In this document: piece after piece, positions 11,995 to 20,065 of the stretch
Position numbering within the stretch: the stretch's first letter is position 1
How the letters are laid out: each line of letters opens with the position of its first letter
Origin: Oceanicoccus sp.
Lineage (GTDB): Bacteria; Pseudomonadota; Gammaproteobacteria; Pseudomonadales; Dasaniaceae
Length of the DNA stretch: 64,000 bases
Direction: 5' to 3'
Assembly: GCA_051277205.1 (NCBI GenBank)
Contig: JBNMPW010000001.1
Coordinates: 1,405-65,404, forward strand
Made by a program: the position numbers and the translations under genes
The notes under the pieces: model-generated
What the model was told of the DNA's origin: nothing
The model's input: the letters and a program-made list of their open reading frames with translations, nothing else
Databases searched by the model: none

Positions 11995-12747
11995 ATGAAA
12001 AATATTTACATCGTAGCAATAAGTATAATGTTATCGGCAGGCGGCCTAAAGGCTGATACTGTAGGTTTCCAAGTTGGTGCCAATATCTGGCAACAATCTT
12101 TTAGCGGTAAGGTGCTAGCCGACAGTAATTCAACCAATACTATTGATATCGAAGATGACTTGGCCTATGACGATGAGCAAGCCAGCAATTTTTATGTTGC
12201 CTTAGAACACCCGATCCCGCTTTTACCCAACATCCGTCTAGCACAAACTGAGATCGATGTTAGCGAAGCCTCAACTTTTAACCGTAATATCGACTTTGAC
12301 GGTGAGATTTATAACGTCAATGAAGAAATCACTTCCAGCAGTGATCTAAGTCACACCGATGTCACGCTTTATTATGAGTTACTAGACAACTGGATATCGC
12401 TAGACGTGGGTATCACCGCGCGTATTTTTAGCGAAGGTTTCAATATCCAAAGCTTAACCACCTCTTCGGGTTTTGAATTGGATGAGACGTTACCCTTAGT
12501 CTATCTTGCAACAAAATTTGATTTACCCCTCAGCGGTCTCTATGTCGGTGCTCACGCAAACGTTATTAGCTATGACGGTAACAGCATTGTCGACTACAGC
12601 ATCAACCTCGGCTATGAAACAAAATTAGGCTTGGGCATTGAGGCGGGATTTCGCAGCCTGAAGCTAGATTACGAAGAAGACAGCGATGACGAAGCTGCCG
12701 ATATTACTATTGATGGCGGCTATGTTGGCTTGTTTTATCACTTTTAA
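11995..12747 (+). CDS. Outer membrane beta-barrel protein (TIGR04219-like)
   Basis: Signal peptide, ALEHPIPLLPNIRL, LYYELLDN, C-terminal YHF. Confidence 0.8.
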   Translation: MKNIYIVAISIMLSAGGLKADTVGFQVGANIWQQSFSGKVLADSNSTNTIDIEDDLAYDDEQASNFYVALEHPIPLLPNIRLAQTEIDVSEASTFNRNIDFDGEIYNVNEEITSSSDLSHTDVTLYYELLDNWISLDVGITARIFSEGFNIQSLTTSSGFELDETLPLVYLATKFDLPLSGLYVGAHANVISYDGNSIVDYSINLGYETKLGLGIEAGFRSLKLDYEEDSDDEAADITIDGGYVGLFYHF

Positions 12748-12967
12748 AAACCATCCTCGGCGCCATATCCGTCACCCCTGATATGTTTTATCGGCGAGAG
12801 CCCCTGCGTATCTAGCAACTTTAGACCTTAAAGCAATACTCAACTACTGAATTCCGGCTACCACCATGTCGGAATGACGACGCAACTGGATTCACACCAT
12901 CAAACTATAGCGGCTTTAACGTCCTGAGTTTATAATCGCACTACTTACAACGGATTATTACTCAGCA

Positions 12968-13630
12968 ATGCGCACTGTTTTATTTTTTAGACAATTACTC
13001 TTGTTATGTATGAGCTATGGCTATCTTACGCCAGCGTTGGCGGAGTGTGATTGCCTATGGCAGGGGTCATTCGCCCAATCCTATCGCCAGGCCGACTTTA
13101 TTGTTAGCGGCACAGTCATCAACAACAAAGGTAATTCAGCAGACTTTAACATTGAGCGAACTTTGCTCGACAAAGGCATTGGCAACAAAGAGTTTAATAG
13201 CATGATTCGGTTTTGGGCTGATACCGCCGAAAACATAAAGCAACAACTACAAGTGTGCCGCCCCGCCATCAGCGATTTTCCAATCGGCTCCGAATGGGTA
13301 CTGGCATTAAATAAAATCACCGACATTCCCGACCATGGTTTTAACCCCAACACTCCCAACGTCAGCTATGGCCGTATTAATGATTACGCACTATCAAAAT
13401 GTGGCGGTAATTGGTTGCGCGTTAATGAAGGGATGGTCAGCGGCAACTTAGTCAAAGGGCGGCGCTGGGAATGGCAGAACGACAGCATGAATCCGGTACT
13501 GATAGAATTGGTTGATGCCTATATAAAAGACATCATTCCAGAGGCGGCCTTAGTCGAAGCGGCTAAACCGTTAACCGAAGCAAAAATATTAATGGAAAAA
13601 ACCAAAGGCTATTTAGAGACCCAGCAATAA
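12968..13630 (+). CDS. Exported protein with N-terminal CxC motif (TIMP/NTR-like fold suspected)
   Basis: Signal peptide ALA/ECDCLWQGSF...ADFIVSGTV plus two further Cys. Confidence 0.55.
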   Translation: MRTVLFFRQLLLLCMSYGYLTPALAECDCLWQGSFAQSYRQADFIVSGTVINNKGNSADFNIERTLLDKGIGNKEFNSMIRFWADTAENIKQQLQVCRPAISDFPIGSEWVLALNKITDIPDHGFNPNTPNVSYGRINDYALSKCGGNWLRVNEGMVSGNLVKGRRWEWQNDSMNPVLIELVDAYIKDIIPEAALVEAAKPLTEAKILMEKTKGYLETQQ

Positions 13631-13638
13631 TCGAGCGG

Positions 13639-14102
13639 CTATCGTTGCATTTTCACAATCGGCACTTTAACGCCATTGCTAGTTACAAAATATCCAGTCG
13701 CGGTTTCTTCAAAACCCAATGAGGCGTAAAACGCTTTGGCACTGACGGTCGCCACTAAACACACCAGCCCTTGATGTTGCTGCCGAGCTAAACGCAAGCC
13801 CAATTCCGCCAAAGTATTACCGATACCCTTACCGGCACAATCTGGGCGGACAAATAAATTGCTAATCTCGCCAGGTTCAACCCCCATATAGGCAACTACC
13901 TCATCGTCCAGCTCGGCAACACATAATTGTTTATTCAACAAATGTGAATTATAGGTTACAGCCATGACTGACTGCGACAAGGGTCGATGATCTCCTGCGG
14001 ATAAAATTGACCACATAACTGACGCACCGAGCGACTAAAGATTTTTACAATCGCCTTTATATCTCTCGATGCGGCTAAATGGATACCCACTATCGGTGTC
14101 AT
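13639..14102 (-). pseudogene. Frameshifted GNAT acetyltransferase
   Basis: N-terminal half MTPIVGIHLAASRDIKAIVKIFSRSVRQLCGQFYPQEIID (14102-13956) is in one frame. The acetyl-CoA motif LFVRPDCAGKGIG and AFYASLGF are in another (ORF 14016-13639). Confidence 0.7.
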
Positions 14103-14113
14103 TCTCGTCAACT

Positions 14114-15295
14114 TTATTGCTGGCGATCTAGCCGCATAGCCGGCAAGAAAACCACTAACATGCAGCCAACCAGCGCTACTACTGCGACATTAATCAGCAT
14201 ATCGTAATTGCCTTCACCCACTAATAACGCCGCGACAAAGGGGCCTGAGGCCAGACCCATTTTAGAGGCAAAGCCACCCAGCGCGGCGGTTTGTCCGGTT
14301 TCATCAAAGGATGAACACATACCCAATAAATAAGAAATCACAAAGGCCCAAGTAATACCAACGCCGACATTGGCAATCCAATACATCGACGGCTGCTCGC
14401 TATAATGCAAAACAAAGGTACCGACCACGGTCAAGGTGGTAGCAACTAATATCGGCACCAACCGGCCGAACCGGGTTGAAAATATAATCACCATCACCGA
14501 ACCCGCTATCGCGATCCAAGCGGCGACACCCAGCGTTGAACTAATAAAACCCATTTCCAAAGCTGCGCTTTTACCCATACCAATAATATAAGCGTAGATA
14601 CCCATATTCGCCGCCTGAAATAAAAATGTCGCCAATAACGCCAGCGCCAATAATTTAATATTGAGTGGCCCGCTGGCCACCGCTTCTGGCGATTTTTTCT
14701 GCACAGGGTAATCTGCTAAAAATGGCAACATCAATAAAGTGACAAAACTAAAAGCTATCAACGAAAAAAATAAAACCGAGGTACCATACTCAGGCACCAA
14801 CCCTGGCAGATACATTAGGCCCACACCGCCCAATCCAAATTGTACTGTCAGCAAATAACCGAAAGTACGGTCAGCCTCTGTGGTACGCGAGATAACTGCA
14901 AAGCCGATGCCCACCAACAAACCACCGATAAAGCCATGAACAAACCGCGCGCCAATCATCAACTCCGCTGAACTGATATAAATCGAAAAAATATCCATCG
15001 CTATTAAACTCAGAAGCAACAGTACAGACACTCGCTTCCAAGGTATTTTTTTAATTAAAAAAACCGCCAGCAACGCACCAAAAGCCGCTCCATAAACATT
15101 GGCCGACCCGACAAAACCGGCTTGCTGGTTAGTAAAGCCCAAACCATCAATTAAGCCATCGACTAACGCAGGCATGATGTTGACATAAAATAAACCCGCC
15201 GTGGCCAAGAAAGACAGCAATACCCGTGCGACCTCACCATTTGGCGCCGCGGTAGGAAATCGCTTCGTTGTTGCGTTAATTACCGTATCAGTCAT
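14114..15295 (-). CDS. MFS transporter
   Basis: About 12 hydrophobic segments; STRFGR loop motif. Confidence 0.85.
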   Translation of the reverse strand: MTDTVINATTKRFPTAAPNGEVARVLLSFLATAGLFYVNIMPALVDGLIDGLGFTNQQAGFVGSANVYGAAFGALLAVFLIKKIPWKRVSVLLLLSLIAMDIFSIYISSAELMIGARFVHGFIGGLLVGIGFAVISRTTEADRTFGYLLTVQFGLGGVGLMYLPGLVPEYGTSVLFFSLIAFSFVTLLMLPFLADYPVQKKSPEAVASGPLNIKLLALALLATFLFQAANMGIYAYIIGMGKSAALEMGFISSTLGVAAWIAIAGSVMVIIFSTRFGRLVPILVATTLTVVGTFVLHYSEQPSMYWIANVGVGITWAFVISYLLGMCSSFDETGQTAALGGFASKMGLASGPFVAALLVGEGNYDMLINVAVVALVGCMLVVFLPAMRLDRQQ

Positions 15296-15307
15296 AGCCG
15301 TTATCTC

Positions 15308-17116
15308 TTATGCATTATTGTTATTTTCCAATTTAGCCTGCCGGCAAAAAGGACGAAGTTGATTAGACAGCTTTGCGGCATGCCTCCAAGTAAATTTACC
15401 TGCGTCACTAAAATAATAATAAACTGTTTTATTCGGTAGCATGACCACACTGATACCGCCGTAAGCGCTCATATAAGGTATCCACATATCATTAGCGCAG
15501 CCCAAAAAATCTTTTAAATTTTTTGCCCAGACACCATTGTTGTAACGCACATCATCGGCGCCGGCTATTAAACCGCGATCATCATCATTGCGCTGCAGCG
15601 CTGCATCTAACATCTGCGCATCAACCCGATGATATAAAAAGCTGCCGCTATCATTCATTGCCGCCGCCATTCTAGCGATATCGTCACGGTAGAAATTTAA
15701 GCCGTAACCAAAAAATGGCTGACGCCGGTCATCGTAGCTTCGGCTAGCATTGCTGTTTGCGGGACTTAATTGTAATGGCCGCCACAAGGATTGGTAGACA
15801 TAATCAAAGGCATCAACAGGGGCTTTTTCTAATTGCTCAATAAAACCACTGATCGCGGCGCCAAGAATATAAGTATCTGACGTATGGTAAACCCAGTCTA
15901 TTCCGGCTGGCGACTTGGACGGCATGCTTTGGCAGGCAAAGTTAATTTTATCCTCATGGCTTTCGACCAAAAAAAACTGTTGATCCATTACACTAGACCA
16001 CTCATCTAAGCGATCGTCGATCTGCTGATAAAATCCAGCCGCCATATCCACCGTGTTTTCAAATGATACTTTATCCCAACCTAATTCAGCTGAGCAGGCC
16101 GGCACATAATCCGCGATCTTTTTTCGACTAACACCTGGATGCTGTTTTTCTAAATACATTAAGCCCAAACCCGCAAACACGGTTTTAGCCAAGGAATATG
16201 ATGGCAGGTCCATGATGTCACAATAGGGATATGGCCCATGCCGAGTTTGGCAGCTGCTGACATAATTGACACCATCAATCACCAAACCATACAAGGTCAT
16301 ATCACTGGCGGGGATTATATCTCGGCCACCTAACGCACTTAAATCAACCGCTTCATAATCTACCGCCAACTCAGCGATGGGCTTAACCGGCAACCGCCTG
16401 CTGCGCTCTTGATGATACTCTGCAATCAACTGCTGCCGGTTTTCGATCACCGCTGGCACATAGCTGGCGAGGGATACGCCCGATAGATCGAACTTAAAAT
16501 ATTTACAGGTTTCGCTGCTAATCTGAGTCGCCACCTTGGACATTGAGCCGTCAGATCTGAACAAGAACGTTAGCACCCCATTGTGGGTGCAATTTGCATT
16601 GCGCTCACGCAAGGAGAACGGCAAGGAAGCGCGGCTATAACCCTGATCAGTCGCTTGCTGCCAGACCTTTCCAGGACCAACAATGGTCTCCCACAAAGGG
16701 TGCTGACCAGCCACAATCTGGCGCTGCAGGGGAATCAAATCAAAACCCGATTGCAGCAAACCGATGTCCAACGCCGGTAACTGGTTTAACGTTAATGCAG
16801 GCTTAGCGGCAAAATTATAGTCATCTTGGTAGTAACGAATGGTTGCCTGTTGCCCTGATGCCAGTATTAAACGGCCCTGAAAAGTATTGCTAGGAAGCTT
16901 TGCATCGGCCGGCATGGTAAACGCCGACATCGCAAAGGGGCGCTCTAGTGTTGTCGCAGGCTGGTCTGCTGACAATAAATAATCAGCGCTGATTAACGCC
17001 GCGACCCGCTCTTGTGCAAGCGACGGCTCCGCACCAACGATGGAGACCAGCAACGCCAACATCAGCAGTAACAGGGATGATCGATAACGGCTCTTTGAAA
17101 TATAGCCCATGGGCAT
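15308..17116 (-). CDS. Exported serine hydrolase (beta-lactamase-like fold) with unknown N-terminal domain
   Basis: Signal peptide; SYSLAKT (SxxK), WVYHT (YxN-equivalent), SAYGG. Confidence 0.7.
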   Translation of the reverse strand: MPMGYISKSRYRSSLLLLMLALLVSIVGAEPSLAQERVAALISADYLLSADQPATTLERPFAMSAFTMPADAKLPSNTFQGRLILASGQQATIRYYQDDYNFAAKPALTLNQLPALDIGLLQSGFDLIPLQRQIVAGQHPLWETIVGPGKVWQQATDQGYSRASLPFSLRERNANCTHNGVLTFLFRSDGSMSKVATQISSETCKYFKFDLSGVSLASYVPAVIENRQQLIAEYHQERSRRLPVKPIAELAVDYEAVDLSALGGRDIIPASDMTLYGLVIDGVNYVSSCQTRHGPYPYCDIMDLPSYSLAKTVFAGLGLMYLEKQHPGVSRKKIADYVPACSAELGWDKVSFENTVDMAAGFYQQIDDRLDEWSSVMDQQFFLVESHEDKINFACQSMPSKSPAGIDWVYHTSDTYILGAAISGFIEQLEKAPVDAFDYVYQSLWRPLQLSPANSNASRSYDDRRQPFFGYGLNFYRDDIARMAAAMNDSGSFLYHRVDAQMLDAALQRNDDDRGLIAGADDVRYNNGVWAKNLKDFLGCANDMWIPYMSAYGGISVVMLPNKTVYYYFSDAGKFTWRHAAKLSNQLRPFCRQAKLENNNNA

Positions 17117-17172
17117 GGTGAATCATCTAATTATTATGGTGGCACCAGCCTAACAGCTTCAGCAAGGCTGAG

Positions 17173-17204
17173 TAGAACCAGTTAATAACGCCACATGAGG
17201 CCAG
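17173..17204 (-). promoter_or_regulatory. Putative MocR-family operator, copy 4 (upstream of serine hydrolase-MFS-GNAT)
   Basis: CTGGCCTCA-N14-CTGGTTCTA; -10-like TAGGCT at 17152-17147. Confidence 0.75.
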
Positions 17205-17217
17205 ATAAGCCCATTGG

Positions 17218-18255
17218 CTAGTTTATATAAACGGGATAAAAATCGGTGTCTGGATCTGAGCCAGCTCGCACCAGCATACAACCGCGTTGTAGCTGCATAA
17301 TCACCGAAAACACCGTGCCGACATTACCAAAGCCCGCTGTCAATGAAGGGCTGTAATCACGACAGATCGAATTCTCGCCCTGAGTTTGGTCCAATAACAG
17401 CGCTACAATACCTGCCTCAGAACTATCTGCCGCCGAAAGTTTCCTAGCCGTTTGATAACGCTGATAGGTCGATGGAAATGCCTCCACCGTATTTAAGTCC
17501 GGATCAGCCAAAAAATGATTAGTATGCAAGATTAAACCATCGTCTAAGGGCAACTGATAATGGCCATCGCCCGCAAACTCGACACTGCTATATTCACCGG
17601 TGGCGCTAGCCACCAAGATATGACTGGCCTTACCCGGCGCGATACGCGTAATTAACGCCGTCACCGCAGCCATGCTCCGGCAATCGAGAATCGCCCGCAG
17701 CAAAATGTGTACCGGTAAACCTTGTAGGCGCTGCTCAACTTTAAGGATATTTAAGCAGACACCTATACCTGCGCTATTCATGCCGATTTTGCCGATAATA
17801 CCGGGCTCGGTCAGCATGCTAATACGATGGCCGTTGGCATGCTGAATCTTTATCTCAGTGACCAGCGGTTCAAGGCGCTGCGACCAATCCCAGTTCTGCG
17901 CCAGCAATGCTTCCGAGTGTTTATAGACTGCCGTACATTCAGGGATGCTTAGATTATTTAATATTTCTGAGCGACTATTAAGGGCATAAATATAATGAGC
18001 ATCAATGCCAGACCCAGCAGCAATGGCTTCAATCTCCTCTGCGTAAGCGGGATTGAAATCGTTGATGATTGCCCGATAATTATCGGCCATGGCGAATAAT
18101 TTGGTCTCGGGGAGATTAAACAATGCCAGATAGTATTCTAGCGTTAGCCCGATGCGCGACTTTAATTGGAGGCCGTGTTGGTAGCCAATTTCATAGGGGC
18201 TGCCGGTTAACTCCAGTTCTTTAAAGCGCATATTGGTCATAATCTCTCTTCTCAT
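17218..18255 (-). CDS. C45-family autoproteolytic Ntn hydrolase/acyltransferase
   Basis: NSRSEI...PECTAV (Cys nucleophile), AQNWDW, GKIGMNSAGIGV, HTNHF. Confidence 0.88.
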   Translation of the reverse strand: MRREIMTNMRFKELELTGSPYEIGYQHGLQLKSRIGLTLEYYLALFNLPETKLFAMADNYRAIINDFNPAYAEEIEAIAAGSGIDAHYIYALNSRSEILNNLSIPECTAVYKHSEALLAQNWDWSQRLEPLVTEIKIQHANGHRISMLTEPGIIGKIGMNSAGIGVCLNILKVEQRLQGLPVHILLRAILDCRSMAAVTALITRIAPGKASHILVASATGEYSSVEFAGDGHYQLPLDDGLILHTNHFLADPDLNTVEAFPSTYQRYQTARKLSAADSSEAGIVALLLDQTQGENSICRDYSPSLTAGFGNVGTVFSVIMQLQRGCMLVRAGSDPDTDFYPVYIN

Positions 18256-18291
18256 TATGGCTTAAGGTATGAGTCAGATTGCTACCCATAT

Positions 18292-18316
18292 AAAAAAGCC
18301 AGGCTATTGCCTAGCT
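18292..18316 (-). terminator. Intrinsic terminator after the sulfotransferase
   Basis: Minus strand AGCTAGGC-AATA-GCCTGGCT followed by a T tract. Confidence 0.6.
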
Positions 18317-18383
18317 GAAAACTACAAAGGGAGGGGATATAAATGTAGTTTGCCACCATCATATATCCGTATTACATTTAAAA

Positions 18384-18415
18384 TAGAGCCAGATTGTTGT
18401 TACTGACGAGTCCAA
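18384..18415 (-). promoter_or_regulatory. Putative MocR-family operator, copy 3 (upstream of C45 hydrolase)
   Basis: TTGGACTCG-N14-CTGGCTCTA; -10-like TATGAT at 18363-18358. Confidence 0.75.
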
Positions 18416-18419
18416 CTTA

Positions 18420-19973
18420 TCAATCTATTGCTATACCCGCCGCGGTTAAAATAGCCGCTATTGGCTGCATTTTTTTTTCATAACGCCGCCATTTACCCAC
18501 TGAGGAATTATAAATGGGCCGTCGTACTTGAGTCGCACTTGCAGTGGTTGAAGCCTGTTTGTTTTCATAAAATCGTAGACATTGGTCCTGCCAATCTAAG
18601 CCGCAGTAATTAACTAACTTTCTCGCCTCGCTCTCTGTGTTAGCCACTATATCTTCATAGTTAACCGTATGAATGACGCCAGGGATCACTGTATTCCAAT
18701 GATCCATTAACTGCTGATAGGCCACATAATAATGACCCAACTCATTTAAACTGTATGAAAAAGGGTAGGCATCTTTAAATAATTGCTTATAAACCGCATA
18801 GCAAGTATCCATGGGGTTACGCTGCAAATTAATAATTTTTGCATTGGGCAGAGCTAGATGTATCAAACCGGCGTAAAGATAATTAAACGGCAACTTATCA
18901 ACAAAATGGCCTTGTTCTTTATTTTTCAAACATTCTAAATAGGAAACACCAATATCATTAAAATTTAGCTGCTTAGTTTTTTCAATGAAATCAACTCTAT
19001 TAGTAGCAGTAAGCGAATTTTTAGCCACCTTCAACAAGCTTTCAGAAAAATAATTAATCTCACCAAAAGAGTGTACGTCATCATGGCTGGCCAGTATATT
19101 TTCTACCAATGTTGTCCCAGTTCGGGGCATCCCTATTATAAAAATAACCTCATGCCCGCCATCTTTCGATGCGATATTAAAACAACTCTTATCATAAGTG
19201 CTTATTATTTTATTTATTATCTCTAAGTCAGAATTTATATCATACTGCAAAGTTTTTCTTTTTAATGCCGTTGCTTTTGACAAGTAGCTGTACGACTTAT
19301 CATATGACTCAATGTCCTCACTCTCTTTAGCCGCTGAAAAAAGTAGGTTTATCCTATCCTGGATACCCACAGCCTTATCTTTTAGCAAGCAATCAATGTC
19401 ATCAATATTATTGTTATCCAGAGTCTTAACACTAATACTAGACCGAAGACTATAGGCATCGTAATCTCTTGGATTAATCCCAATAACGATACTTAGGTGT
19501 TTCTCGGCTTTCTCTATTTTCCCTAAGAACCTACACACTGCCGCCAAATTATAATGATAGCTATAATTTTTATCATTCTTCTCTATAGCGTGCATATAGC
19601 AGCTCTCAGCAGCAGCATAGAATCCAAAATCGCAGTAGGCATCGCCAATTCTTGCATAGATAAGATCTGACAAGTCTGGCTCATTAACCATCTCATCCAG
19701 CATTACCTTACCGTCAGTTACTTTACCAAGAGCCATTACACACAAGGCTTTTTGAACCTTATATTTTCTTTCTTCCTGATCTATCGATATAGCTTTATTA
19801 ACGGCATTAAATGCTGAAACAGCATCAATTTTAGTCAGCATACAGCTCGCTAAATACCAACCATCAGCACAGTCGGGATAACGTTGATTGAATAATTTAG
19901 CTTTATGCAAGCCCTGTTGTAACTGGCCTGTATTCAATGACCTAATCAACTCATTTAATAACTCTTTTTTCAT
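18420..19973 (-). CDS. TPR-containing sulfotransferase-family protein
   Basis: TPR helices, then IFIIGMPRTGTTLVE (PAPS loop), DKLP, RNPMD, TASATQVRRPIY. Confidence 0.9.
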   Translation of the reverse strand: MKKELLNELIRSLNTGQLQQGLHKAKLFNQRYPDCADGWYLASCMLTKIDAVSAFNAVNKAISIDQEERKYKVQKALCVMALGKVTDGKVMLDEMVNEPDLSDLIYARIGDAYCDFGFYAAAESCYMHAIEKNDKNYSYHYNLAAVCRFLGKIEKAEKHLSIVIGINPRDYDAYSLRSSISVKTLDNNNIDDIDCLLKDKAVGIQDRINLLFSAAKESEDIESYDKSYSYLSKATALKRKTLQYDINSDLEIINKIISTYDKSCFNIASKDGGHEVIFIIGMPRTGTTLVENILASHDDVHSFGEINYFSESLLKVAKNSLTATNRVDFIEKTKQLNFNDIGVSYLECLKNKEQGHFVDKLPFNYLYAGLIHLALPNAKIINLQRNPMDTCYAVYKQLFKDAYPFSYSLNELGHYYVAYQQLMDHWNTVIPGVIHTVNYEDIVANTESEARKLVNYCGLDWQDQCLRFYENKQASTTASATQVRRPIYNSSVGKWRRYEKKMQPIAAILTAAGIAID

Positions 19974-20023
19974 CCAGACACACTCTGAAAGACAATCATG
20001 AATAGTACAATTTCTTTAGTCAT

Positions 20024-20052
20024 AAAAAAACCGGGCATTGCCCGGTTTTTTT
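20024..20052. terminator. Bidirectional intrinsic terminator after the TonB receptor
   Basis: A7-CCGGGCA-T-TGCCCGG-T7. Confidence 0.85.
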
Positions 20053-20065
20053 GGATTAATGAAAT

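Noticed and set aside
12769-12895. REP-like fragments (CGTCACCCCTGATA...TATCGG; ATTCCGGC...GTCGGAATGACG)
   Set aside because: Resemble degenerate extragenic palindromes but occur once in the window, so a repeat family cannot be supported.
15308-17116. Beta-lactamase / resistance gene call
   Set aside because: Only SxxK is canonical; the other motifs and the context favour a catabolic hydrolase.
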